Source: Pseudomonadota bacterium (lineage in GTDB: Bacteria > Myxococcota > JACRCW01 > JAFGSX01). From it: 64,000 nucleotides of DNA. The DNA lies in contig JBDRCO010000108.1 in the NCBI GenBank assembly GCA_043821645.1, positions 1-64,000 on the forward strand, read 5' to 3'. The position numbers and the translations under genes were made by a program. Every line of letters begins with the position of its first letter. Within the stretch, counting starts at the first letter, position 1. A model generated the notes under the pieces. That model ran no database searches. It had not been told where the DNA came from and worked only from the letters and a program-made list of their open reading frames with translations. This document shows positions 37,215 through 46,328 of this stretch, piece after piece.

Positions 37215-38516
37215 ATGGAATGGCGAAACACGACACGACCCCCGGTGCAGACAGCATCAACTTCTGTCCGTGAGCCCGTGCGACACGGCCCGCTGGCCGT
37301 CCTGGTCGGCGTGGGTCTGGTGCTGAGCCTGGTCGGTGGCGCCCTGGCCCTGGGCCAGATTTCCTCGGCTCGTGCCGAAGAAAGGAAGGCCTTCACCGGG
37401 CCCACCGAGCTGGCCACCTTTGCCGGAGGCTGTTTCTGGTGCGTCGAGGCCGCCTTCGACAAGCTCCCCGGGGTGATCTCGGCCACCAGTGGCTACGCCG
37501 GTGGTCCGGAAAAGAACCCGAGCTACGAGCAGGTGTCCGCCGGCAAGACCGGGCACCGCGAGAGTGTGCAGATCCGCTTCGACCCGGCCCAGATCAGCTA
37601 TCGCGAGCTGCTCGAGGTGTTCTGGCGCCAGATCGACCCCACCGACGGCGAAGGCCAGTTCGCCGACCGGGGCAACCAGTACAAGGCAGCCATCTTTGTC
37701 CACGATGCCCGGCAGCGCCGCGTGGCCGAGGCCTCGCAGCAGGCCCTGGCGCGCAGCGGGCGCTTCAAGCAGCCCATCGTCACCCCGGTGCTCGACTTCA
37801 CGAACTTCTACCCCGCCGAGGAGTATCACCAGGATTTCTGGAACAAGGACCCGCACCGCTACAAGAGCTACCGCCGTGGCTCGGGTCGAGCCGGGTTCAT
37901 CGAGAAGAACTGGGACGTGAACAAGGCCCCCATCCTGGCCGTGGACGAGCTGCCTGGAAGCGGAGGCGATCAGGTGCCGGCGAACCCGGGCGACCTGCAT
38001 TCCCCGTCGACACCGCGCAGGGCCGCCGCAGCCCCGGACACCATGACGATGCGCCAGACAAAGGAGACCACGATGAAGCCGAGCCCGGACAAGATCAAAG
38101 AGAGCCTGGACCCCATGCAGTACCGCGTCACCCAGGAGAACGGTACCGAGCCGCCTTTCAACAACGCCTACTGGAACAACCACCGCGAGGGCATCTACGT
38201 CGACGTGGTCAGCGGCGAGCCCCTGTTCTCGTCGACAGACAAGTTTGACAGCGGCACGGGCTGGCCCAGCTTCACCAAGCCCATCGATGACCAAAGCATT
38301 CAGTCCCGGGACGACAGGGCGCACTTCATGGTCCGCACCGAGGTGCGCAGCGCGCGCGGGGACAGCCACCTGGGGCATGTGTTTGACGACGGCCCTGCGC
38401 CGACAGGCCAGCGCTACTGCATCAACAGCGCGTCCCTGCGCTTTGTGCCGAAGGAAGATCTCGAGCGCGAGGGCTACGGGCAGTACGGCACGCTGTTCAG
38501 CACCCAGCGCAACTGA
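37215..38516 (+). CDS. msrAB: Bifunctional peptide-methionine sulfoxide reductase MsrA-MsrB with a signal peptide
   Basis: MsrA motifs FAGGCFWC and FYPAEEYHQ; MsrB motifs [16 protein letters not shown] and [10 protein letters not shown]...[18 protein letters not shown]. Confidence 0.95.
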   Translation: MEWRNTTRPPVQTASTSVREPVRHGPLAVLVGVGLVLSLVGGALALGQISSARAEERKAFTGPTELATFAGGCFWCVEAAFDKLPGVISATSGYAGGPEKNPSYEQVSAGKTGHRESVQIRFDPAQISYRELLEVFWRQIDPTDGEGQFADRGNQYKAAIFVHDARQRRVAEASQQALARSGRFKQPIVTPVLDFTNFYPAEEYHQDFWNKDPHRYKSYRRGSGRAGFIEKNWDVNKAPILAVDELPGSGGDQVPANPGDLHSPSTPRRAAAAPDTMTMRQTKETTMKPSPDKIKESLDPMQYRVTQENGTEPPFNNAYWNNHREGIYVDVVSGEPLFSSTDKFDSGTGWPSFTKPIDDQSIQSRDDRAHFMVRTEVRSARGDSHLGHVFDDGPAPTGQRYCINSASLRFVPKEDLEREGYGQYGTLFSTQRN

Positions 38517-39809
38517 TCACTCGACGCGCGTGAACATGCCCTTGATCCGGAAGGCCGGGCTGGTGCCTTCGCTCCAGGCCACGAAGTAGAGGCTGCCGTC
38601 GACGTGCGTGGCTGCCAGTCCGTAGGGTGGCACAGGGCCCGCCGTGACCAGCGCGGCGGGGCCAGGTTGCAGGCTCGCGCCATCGTCGGAGAAAGGTGCC
38701 ACGTACATCTCGTTGCGGAAGCCGCTGATGTTGCGGTACCAGAACACAGCACCACCGCCCGGCGAGGGCGCCACGCGCGCGCCGAAGTCCAGCCCGCCGC
38801 CCTGACCGAAGGTGGCGAAGGCGGCCCCGGACGCGAAGCTGTCACCGTCCATGACGACAATGTTGGCATCGATGCCGTAGCTCAGATACGCACCCTCACC
38901 CGCGAAAGTAGTTTCCATCGCGCTGTACAGGTCGGCGCCCCAGGTCACCACCAGGCGCGGAGGACTCGGATCCGGAGTCGAACTGCTCGCGGGGATGCGT
39001 GTCTGCATGATCTGGTCGTCGCCGCCGACGGTGCTGCGGGTGTAGCTCAGATACAGGTCGCCATTGTGGGTCGCCGCCAGACCAGATGTCGTCTGGGACA
39101 CCGCGTTCTCGACGAGGGCGTCGATGGCCTCTCCTTGCAGGTTGCCGTCGTCGTCGAGGCGCTGCACGAAGGCCTGAAAAGTGCCGGTCTCGTCGAGGCC
39201 ACGCTGCGCCGCGATGGCCATACCGGTCCCGGGCAGCAGGACCAGCCGCGGTTCCATCACGTTGCCGGTCACCGGGGAGCCCAGGCGTGTGGTCTCGAGG
39301 GTGCGGTCGCTGCTCATGCGCGCCGTGCCATCGACGTGGAAGGTGCGGAGGTAGACGTCCATGTTGTCGACGCCGGTACCGTTGTCTGACATCCAGGCCA
39401 GAGCCAGGCGATCGCCGTCAATGGCGATCCCAGGATCCGTGTCATTGCCTGCGGTGGTGGTGTTGGCGCGAAAGGCGGGCACCAGGGGCGTGCCGTCGCA
39501 GTCCAGGCGCACCAGGTGCACGTCGAAGCCGCTGCCCAGGGTCTCGGGCAGGTTGTACACCGCCCAGATCCCGCGGCCATCAAAGGCCACGTCCACGTGA
39601 ATCTGGGTGTCAGGTCCGGCCGGGTCGATGTCGAAGGGCTGATCCAGGGTCATGGCGTGCAGGCAGCGCTCGAGGTCCGTCGGGACAGCCGCATCCGCAT
39701 CTCCGGCGTCCATGGCACCCGCGTCGTCGTCGGGCAGGTGTTCGATCGGGCAAGCCGCGAGCAGGATAGCCAGGACCAGACCCACCAGAGCTGCGATGTG
39801 CTGACGCAT
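38517..39809 (-). CDS. Lipoprotein with beta-rich (probable propeller) repeats
   Basis: Lipobox LLAAC, DAG spacer, repeated F.AN.TT.GN...P.IA and AW motifs. Confidence 0.65.
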   Translation of the reverse strand: MRQHIAALVGLVLAILLAACPIEHLPDDDAGAMDAGDADAAVPTDLERCLHAMTLDQPFDIDPAGPDTQIHVDVAFDGRGIWAVYNLPETLGSGFDVHLVRLDCDGTPLVPAFRANTTTAGNDTDPGIAIDGDRLALAWMSDNGTGVDNMDVYLRTFHVDGTARMSSDRTLETTRLGSPVTGNVMEPRLVLLPGTGMAIAAQRGLDETGTFQAFVQRLDDDGNLQGEAIDALVENAVSQTTSGLAATHNGDLYLSYTRSTVGGDDQIMQTRIPASSSTPDPSPPRLVVTWGADLYSAMETTFAGEGAYLSYGIDANIVVMDGDSFASGAAFATFGQGGGLDFGARVAPSPGGGAVFWYRNISGFRNEMYVAPFSDDGASLQPGPAALVTAGPVPPYGLAATHVDGSLYFVAWSEGTSPAFRIKGMFTRVE

Positions 39810-39892
39810 GACGACCTCGCGCGATGTGACCCGCATCCTAGTCACTGGAGGCGGGGCTTCCAAGCCTTGCTGCGCCGGGCTAGCGTACTGGC

Positions 39893-40744
39893 ATGGTGAT
39901 TCCGACGACGAAGAGCTCCGACGGGAATCGACCCGGGAAGGGCGGGTGCGCGCGGACGGCAGGGACCACGATCCTCGGCATGCTGCTGGTGTGCTGTGCG
40001 CCAGCCACGGCGCAGGACGCTAGCGAGGACGATGCGGGAGCGCGGGACGGGTCCATTGCCGTTCCCACGACCATCGCCCTGTACGACGGCCTGGGGGTCT
40101 GGCCCGACGGGTTCAGCGCGCTGCAGGGTGCGATCCGCTCGGCGGACCTGGAGCTGCGGGTGGTGACGGCCGCCGAAGTTCGCGACGGTGTCCTCGACGA
40201 CGTGGCGGCGCTGGTGATGGGCGGAGGCTGGGCCTGGGACCAGTGGCAAGGCCTCGGTGACGACGGGATCTCCGCCATCCGGCGCTTCGTACTCGCCGGC
40301 GGTGGCTACCTGGGCATCTGCGCCGGAGCCTACCTGGCCAGCGACGACGTGGTGTGGGAGGGCACGTGGGTGGCCTATCCCCTCAATCTTTTCAACGGTA
40401 CGGCTGAGGGGCCCGTCCCCGGCCTGCCGGCCTGGCCGGATGCGGGCACGGCGCAGGTTGCGCGCGTCGACGGCGAGCACAGCTTGCAGGCGTCGGGGAC
40501 GCTGGCCGTGTACTACCAGGGCGGCGGCGCCTTCGTGCCCCGGGATCCGACCGAAGTCGTTCCCTTGCTGCGCTATGCCGACAACAGCCTGGCAGCCCTG
40601 GCCCTTGACGCTGGCCACGGCCGGGTGGTGCTCACCGGCGTGCACCTGGAGATGGAACAAGCCGCGAGCGGTGCCGAGGCGCTGAGCGGTGCCGACAACC
40701 GGGCGCTGCTCGACGCCATCCTGCACTGGCTGCGCGCGCCGTGA
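39893..40744 (+). CDS. BPL_N (class I glutamine amidotransferase-like) domain protein
   Basis: LVMGGG, IRRFV..GGGYLGICAGAYLA, YYQGG..F and GRVVLTGVH.E motifs. Start uncertain. Confidence 0.85.
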   Translation: MVIPTTKSSDGNRPGKGGCARTAGTTILGMLLVCCAPATAQDASEDDAGARDGSIAVPTTIALYDGLGVWPDGFSALQGAIRSADLELRVVTAAEVRDGVLDDVAALVMGGGWAWDQWQGLGDDGISAIRRFVLAGGGYLGICAGAYLASDDVVWEGTWVAYPLNLFNGTAEGPVPGLPAWPDAGTAQVARVDGEHSLQASGTLAVYYQGGGAFVPRDPTEVVPLLRYADNSLAALALDAGHGRVVLTGVHLEMEQAASGAEALSGADNRALLDAILHWLRAP

Positions 40745-41583
40745 AACCCTTCTTGCCTCCCGGGGCCCGCGAGATCCTCGTCGCCACGGTGCTGTTCACA
40801 GCGATGAACACCCTGGTCAAGTGGCTGCCGCGCATCCCTTCGCACGAGATCGTGTTCTTTCGCGCCCTGGTCACCATGTTCGCCGGCGCCCTCTTGCTGT
40901 GGCGGGCTGGCCTGTCGCCCCTGGGCACCAACCGCCCGTGGCTGCTGGCGCGCGGTGCCTTTGGCACGGTGGCGCTGGTGCTGTACTTCTGGACCGTGCA
41001 GGTCATGCCCCTGAGCTCGGCGGTGACCATACAGTATCTCAACCCGCTGTTCACGGTGCTGCTCGGCGGCCTGGTCCTCGGCGAGCGCGCCACGCGACGC
41101 CAGTGGCTGTTCTTTGCCGTCGCCTTTGCCGGCGTGCCCCTGGTCAAGGGCTTCGATCCGCGCGTCACGGGCCTCGAGCTGACCGCGGGTGTGGCCTCGG
41201 CCCTGTTCTCGGGACTCGCCTACACCGCGATCCGCAAGCTGCGCAGTACCGATCACCCGCTGGTCGTGGTCTTCTACTTCTCCCTCGTCACGGTGCCCAC
41301 GGTGGGTGCCTACAGCGCCTGGCACTGGGTCTCCCCCACGGCCCTGGAGGTGATCCTGCTGGTCGCAGTCGGCCTCCTCACCACGGGCTTCCAGCTGTTG
41401 ATCACGCGCGCCTACCAGCTTGGCACCGCAGCCAGCGTCAGCGTCTACAATTACCTGGGCACGGTGTTCGCGGTGGCCGTGGGCTATGGCGTCTTTGACG
41501 AGCACGTCACCCTGACCGCCGTCGCGGGTTTCGTGCTCATCATCGGTGGCGTGGTGATGGCGACCCGAACCCGTTCACACTAG
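40741..41583 (+). CDS. EamA/DMT family transporter
   Basis: About 10 TM segments; EIVFFR and PLF..LL..L.LGER motifs. Confidence 0.9.
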   Translation: MKPFLPPGAREILVATVLFTAMNTLVKWLPRIPSHEIVFFRALVTMFAGALLLWRAGLSPLGTNRPWLLARGAFGTVALVLYFWTVQVMPLSSAVTIQYLNPLFTVLLGGLVLGERATRRQWLFFAVAFAGVPLVKGFDPRVTGLELTAGVASALFSGLAYTAIRKLRSTDHPLVVVFYFSLVTVPTVGAYSAWHWVSPTALEVILLVAVGLLTTGFQLLITRAYQLGTAASVSVYNYLGTVFAVAVGYGVFDEHVTLTAVAGFVLIIGGVVMATRTRSH

Positions 41584-41632
41584 GGAGCTGCACGCTCACC
41601 GGGAGTTGCACATGACCTTTGTCCAAGCATCC

Positions 41633-42109
41633 ATGACGTCGTGCCCCCGTCGTCATTCAGGAACATGGCTGGTCGTGCTTTTTCTGGCCTGGGCAATGGA
41701 GGCGGACGTCCTTGCGCAGAGTGCCCCCGCGGTGACGGGTGCCGAACTGGTGGTGGTCGTCACCGGCGTGACCTCGCGCGAGGGCGTGCTGCTGGTGGCG
41801 CTCTACGATAGCAAGCAGGCCTGGCTCAAGCCGGCGAAGGCCGTGCAGGTGCAGCGCGTGCCGCCATCGGGAGCGCGTGCCGAGTTCCGCTTCGCGGGTC
41901 TGGCTCCCGGGACCTACGCCGTGGGCGTGGTCCACGACGAGAATCGCAACGACAAGCTGGATTTCAGCTTCTTCCCCTGGCCCCACATCGAGGAAGCCGC
42001 GGGAATGTCCAACAATCCGACCTCGAGTGTCGGACCTCCGTCGTTCAGGGAATCCTCGTTTAGTCTGGGTTTGCAGGGCGCACGCCTCGAGATCGCGCTG
42101 CAGAAGTAG
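41633..42109 (+). CDS. DUF2141 family exported protein
   Basis: F.GLAPGTYAV.V.HDEN.N.KLD....E..G.SNNP....GPPSF motif. Start uncertain. Confidence 0.85.
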   Translation: MTSCPRRHSGTWLVVLFLAWAMEADVLAQSAPAVTGAELVVVVTGVTSREGVLLVALYDSKQAWLKPAKAVQVQRVPPSGARAEFRFAGLAPGTYAVGVVHDENRNDKLDFSFFPWPHIEEAAGMSNNPTSSVGPPSFRESSFSLGLQGARLEIALQK

Positions 42110-42120
42110 GCAGGAGTTCC

Positions 42121-43930
42121 CTACAGCTCTTCGCCCGGCTTGCCGGTGCCTTTGAGATCGACCTTGCGCATGCGGATGCCGTGGGGTGTGACCTCGACCA
42201 TCTCGTCGTCGCGGATCCACTCGAGGCTACGCTCCAGGGTCATCTCGCGCGGGGTGGCCAGGATCTGCTTCTCGTCGCGTCCCGCGGCGCGGATGTTGGT
42301 CAGCTTTTTCTCGCGGGCAGCGTGGACCCACAGGTCGTTCTCGCGGTTGTGCTCGCCAATGACCATGCCTTGATAGAGCACCGCGCCCACACCGATGAAC
42401 ATCACACCGCGCGGTTGCAGGTGAAACAGGGCATAGGTCGTGCTGCTGCCGCCGCGATCGGCGACGATGGCCCCGGTGGGACGGTGGCCGATGGGCCCCT
42501 GCCAGGGCGTCCAGCCCTCGAACAGGTTGAACATGAGCGCGGTGCCGCGGGTATGGGTCAGGATATGGCCACGCAGACCCAGCATGCCGCGAGTGGGGGA
42601 TGGTGTACTCGAGACGGATGCGGTCACCCTCGTAGCGCTGCTCTTCCATGCGCGCCCGGCGCGGACCCAGGAGCTCGCTCACCGCTCCCAGGTGCTCGGC
42701 CGGCACGTCGACGACGAGGCGCTCGAGAGGTTCCTCGAGACCCTGCGGGCCCTGGCGCGTGATCACCTGCGGCGTGCGCACACACAGCTCGTAGTCTTCG
42801 CGCCTCATGGATTCGATGAGCACGGCCAGCTGCAGCTCGCCACGGGCCAGCACCCGGAAACGATCCGGTGTGTCGCCGTCCTCGACCCGGATGCTGACGT
42901 TGGCATAGGCCTCGCGCTTGAGACGATCGCGGAGGTGCCGGCTGGTCACGTAGCGGCCGCCGCTGCGCCCGGCCAGGGGGCCGTCGTTGACCTGGAACAC
43001 CATGGCCACGGTGGGCTCGTCGATGACAACGGGGGGCAGATGGCGAGGTGCCTCGGGCGCGGACAGGGTATCCCCGACGTCGACCTCGGCGACGCCTGCA
43101 AGCGCCACGATGTCTCCCGCCGCGGCAGAGTCCAGGTCCAGCCTCTGCACGCCGCGATAGGTGTAGACCCCCACGATGCGCACCTGCTGATCGCGCCCCG
43201 GTCCACCCACGTGCACGGACTGGTTGGGCCGGATCTGGCCGGCCAGCACGCGGCCTATCACCAGACGTCCGACGTAGTCGTCATAGCCGAGCCGGTTGAC
43301 CTGCATGAGAAAGGGCTGGTCCCGGGTGTCGTCGGGTGGAGGCACGGTGTTCAGGACCGCGTCGACCAGAGGCCGCAGGTTGACCCCGGGCACCGCCAGA
43401 TCCGTGGTCGCAGTTCCGGCGCGGGCATTGGTGTACAGGACGGGAAGGTCGAGTACCTCGTCCCCGGCGCCCAGGGCCAGGAACAGGTCATAGACCTCGT
43501 CGAGCACGGCCTCGGGACGCGCATCGCTGCGATCGATCTTGTTGATGACCACGATGGCCGGCAGTTTGCGTTCGAGTGCCTTGCGCAGCACGAAGCGGGT
43601 CTGCGGCAAGGGACCTTCGGCCGCGTCCACCAGCAGTAACACGCCATCGACCATGTGCAGGCTGCGCTCGACTTCACCGCCGAAGTCGGCGTGGCCTGGG
43701 GTGTCGACGAGCTGCAGGGTCACGTCGCCGAAGCGCACGCTGGTGGCCTTGGCCAGGATGGTGATGCCGCGCTCACGCTCCTGATCGCTTTGATCCATCA
43801 GGCACTCGGCGACCACCTGGTTGTCGCGGAACATACCGCCCTGACGGAACAGCGCGTCGACCAGTGTGGTCTTGCCATGATCGACGTGAGCGATGATGGC
43901 GATGTTTCTCAGGTCGTGACGTATTGGCAT
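42121..43930 (-). CDS. typA: Translational GTPase TypA/BipA, interrupted by a +1 frameshift in a homopolymer at 42595-42599
   Basis: [43 protein letters not shown] and NKID motifs. The C-terminal part (PTRGMLG...[12 protein letters not shown]...VEVTP..IRMRK) is in another frame. Confidence 0.92.
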
Positions 43931-44029
43931 GCAGCCTTCCTGACAATTCGAAGCGCGCACATGTGAGGCATCGAGCGCGACCTGTCAATCGGCGATGCAC
44001 GGCGCCTGCCCCTGCGCTATGGTCGGGGC

Positions 44030-44773
44030 ATGCGTGAGTTCTCCTTTGACTACGACCAAGTCCCGCCGGGTTACTACGACCGCATCGCGCGGCAGGGCAC
44101 CGGCCTGCAGCGCGCCTGGCACGTGCACAAGTTCGAGTTTCTGATCGACACCCTGGGCCACCACTTCGGTCAGGATCCGATGCATGTGCTCGACCTGGGC
44201 TGCGGGCCCGGCACCCTGCTCGGCATGCTCCGCGATCGGTTGACCATCACCGGAGTCGGAGTGGACATCGCCTCGGGGCAGCTCGAATACGCCCAGCGGA
44301 CCTATGGCTCCGATGCGCTCCGATTCCTGGCCGCATCCTTCGAGGCCGAGGAGGTGCAGGACGAGATGTCCCGCGCCGATGCCATCACCCTGGTCGAGGT
44401 GGTGGAACATCTGCCTCTGGATTATGTGTATCGCACCCTGAGTACGATTCACGCTCGCATGAAGAAGGGGGCGATGCTCGTAATCACCACCCCCAACTAC
44501 CTCAGCATCTGGCCGGTGCTCGAACGAGCCATCTCGGTCCTGGGCGAGCTCAACTACGAGGAGCAGCACATCCTGCACTTCAACCGCATCAAGCTGGTCA
44601 ACCTGCTGGCGACAGTTGGCTTCGATGATATCCAGGTGCAGTCCTTCATGCAGTTCTCGCCCTTTGTCGCGGGTGTCCTCGGGTCGTCAGTGGGTCGCCT
44701 GGCCCGGAGAATCGAACAGCGAACCCTGCGTCATGCAGGTCCTCTGCTGTGCGCCCGGACGGTCAAGATCTGA
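44030..44773 (+). CDS. Class I SAM-dependent methyltransferase (UbiG-like fold)
   Basis: VLDLGCGPG, GVDIA, EVVEHL and ITTPN motifs. Confidence 0.85.
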   Translation: MREFSFDYDQVPPGYYDRIARQGTGLQRAWHVHKFEFLIDTLGHHFGQDPMHVLDLGCGPGTLLGMLRDRLTITGVGVDIASGQLEYAQRTYGSDALRFLAASFEAEEVQDEMSRADAITLVEVVEHLPLDYVYRTLSTIHARMKKGAMLVITTPNYLSIWPVLERAISVLGELNYEEQHILHFNRIKLVNLLATVGFDDIQVQSFMQFSPFVAGVLGSSVGRLARRIEQRTLRHAGPLLCARTVKI

Positions 44774-44820
44774 TTCCGCCGCTCGCCCGTGTTGAACCCG
44801 TCTCCATCCGGCCGCGCTGT

Positions 44821-45627
44821 TCAGGAGCGCGCCACCCATCGCCGGGCCTGAAGCTGGGCCGGGTCCATGCTCTTGCTGCGGCGTCGGCCCCGGCCAGGCG
44901 CCTGGGCTTCCTCGACGGTCTCGGGCAAGCGCAGCAAGGCGCCATAGCGCGCGTGCAGTTCGAGCATGTCTTGCAGGTATTCCGGGGACACGGTCTTGAG
45001 CTCATCAAACAGGCGGGCCACCAGCAGCGAGGGGTTGTAGGGCCCTGCAACCTCGGGCCGCCTGCGGGCTGCGCGGCGCAGCGAGGTGATGGTGCGAGTG
45101 CCGCGACTGGCGTGCTCGAGGAGCAGCACGCCTAGCACCTGGGCCAGGGTGCGCCCGCCTTCGGCCAGAGCGGTGGCCGTGGTCACGTCGACGGGTCCGA
45201 GGAGCAGATCGAGGCGCGCCTCCAGCGCCGCCGGGAGCCGCAGACCACGCTGGCGCAGGGCCCGGTTCAGAACCTGCAGGCGCGTCTGGAGTCCCCGCGC
45301 TCGCCGCGGCAAGGCCTGCCCGAGCTGACGGTGGAGCAAGCGAAGAGCTTGGGCATGCTCACCGCGATGGGTGGCTTCCTGAACCTGCGTGTCTGCCTGC
45401 AGACCTCGACGGCTCAGCACCTCGAGGCTGCGCCTGAGCTCCGCGAAGAGGCCATCGCGGTGCTCCTCGAGCGTCTTCAGCCTGTCCTCGGCACGTGCCT
45501 CGAGACCGACCCCCGCAGCTCCAAGCTCACCGGCGCGCTCGAGCAGACCTTCGACGTAGCGAAGCTCCGGCAGGTCGTCCGCCGGGGTGGCACGCAGCGC
45601 GTCGAGGCGTTCCTGCAGCCCTTTCAC
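44821..45627 (-). CDS. DUF2894-like protein (ZorG-like, Zorya type III)
   Basis: C-terminal PEVAGPYNPSLLVARLFDELKTVSPEYL matches the DUF2894 pattern P.NAGPLNS..LV.R.L..M...SP.YL. GTGA overlap with the upstream gene. Confidence 0.6.
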   Translation of the reverse strand: MKGLQERLDALRATPADDLPELRYVEGLLERAGELGAAGVGLEARAEDRLKTLEEHRDGLFAELRRSLEVLSRRGLQADTQVQEATHRGEHAQALRLLHRQLGQALPRRARGLQTRLQVLNRALRQRGLRLPAALEARLDLLLGPVDVTTATALAEGGRTLAQVLGVLLLEHASRGTRTITSLRRAARRRPEVAGPYNPSLLVARLFDELKTVSPEYLQDMLELHARYGALLRLPETVEEAQAPGRGRRRSKSMDPAQLQARRWVARS

Positions 45628-46328
45628 GGCTGTGACTCCACCTGCCGCAGCTCCGGCGTCACAACCGCGGCCGTGGCGACATTCTTGGTGTGCACGCGCC
45701 GCGGCACTGGCGCGATCTCGACGCGGCGGTTGCGTGCACGGTTGTCGTCGCAGGAGTTGGGAACCGCAGGATGTTCCGGGCCAAAGGCCGCTGCGAACAC
45801 CCGCTCCGACGGCAGGCCCATGTCGAGCAGGCTTCGCGCCACGGTGAGGGCACGCTCCGACGACAGCTCCCAGTTGTCCCGATAGCGCCGCTGCATGCTC
45901 AGGTAGGGCAGATCGTCGGTGAAGCCGCTGACCATGATCAGCATCTCGGCATCGCCCTCGAGGTAGCGCGCCAGCGGGCCGGCCACTTCCTCGATCAAAG
46001 CTTCGGCGCCAGGCTGCAGGTCCGCCGAGTTGAGCTCGAACAGGAGTTGCCCGAGGATGCCGATGCGTCCCTCCTCGAGGGTGATGCGCCCCTCGGCCAG
46101 GGGGCGAGCCAGGGCCTGCTCCAGGGCCTCGCGACGCGCCTGTTCGGCGCCGCGAAGATCCTGCTCGCGACGCAGGGACTCGGCGAGATCGAGCTGGAAC
46201 ACCATCGCCCACACGAAGAGCAGCGCGAACAGGCCCAGCAATCCCGCCATGAGATCGCCGAAGAACACCCAGGCCAGGGGCGACTCCATCCGCGATGGGG
46301 AGGTCTGGGCGTCCGGAAGCAAGCTCAT
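45624..46328 (-). CDS. zorB: MotB/OmpA-family protein (ZorB-like)
   Basis: TM segment W..FGDLMAGLL with the conserved Asp; OmpA-like domain GFTDD...NWELSSERA..V...NRARNRRVEI. Confidence 0.75.
   Translation of the reverse strand: MSLLPDAQTSPSRMESPLAWVFFGDLMAGLLGLFALLFVWAMVFQLDLAESLRREQDLRGAEQARREALEQALARPLAEGRITLEEGRIGILGQLLFELNSADLQPGAEALIEEVAGPLARYLEGDAEMLIMVSGFTDDLPYLSMQRRYRDNWELSSERALTVARSLLDMGLPSERVFAAAFGPEHPAVPNSCDDNRARNRRVEIAPVPRRVHTKNVATAAVVTPELRQVESQP

Noticed and set aside
42590-42605. Programmed ribosomal frameshift in typA
   Set aside because: No canonical slippery heptamer or known precedent; a homopolymer indel is the simpler explanation.
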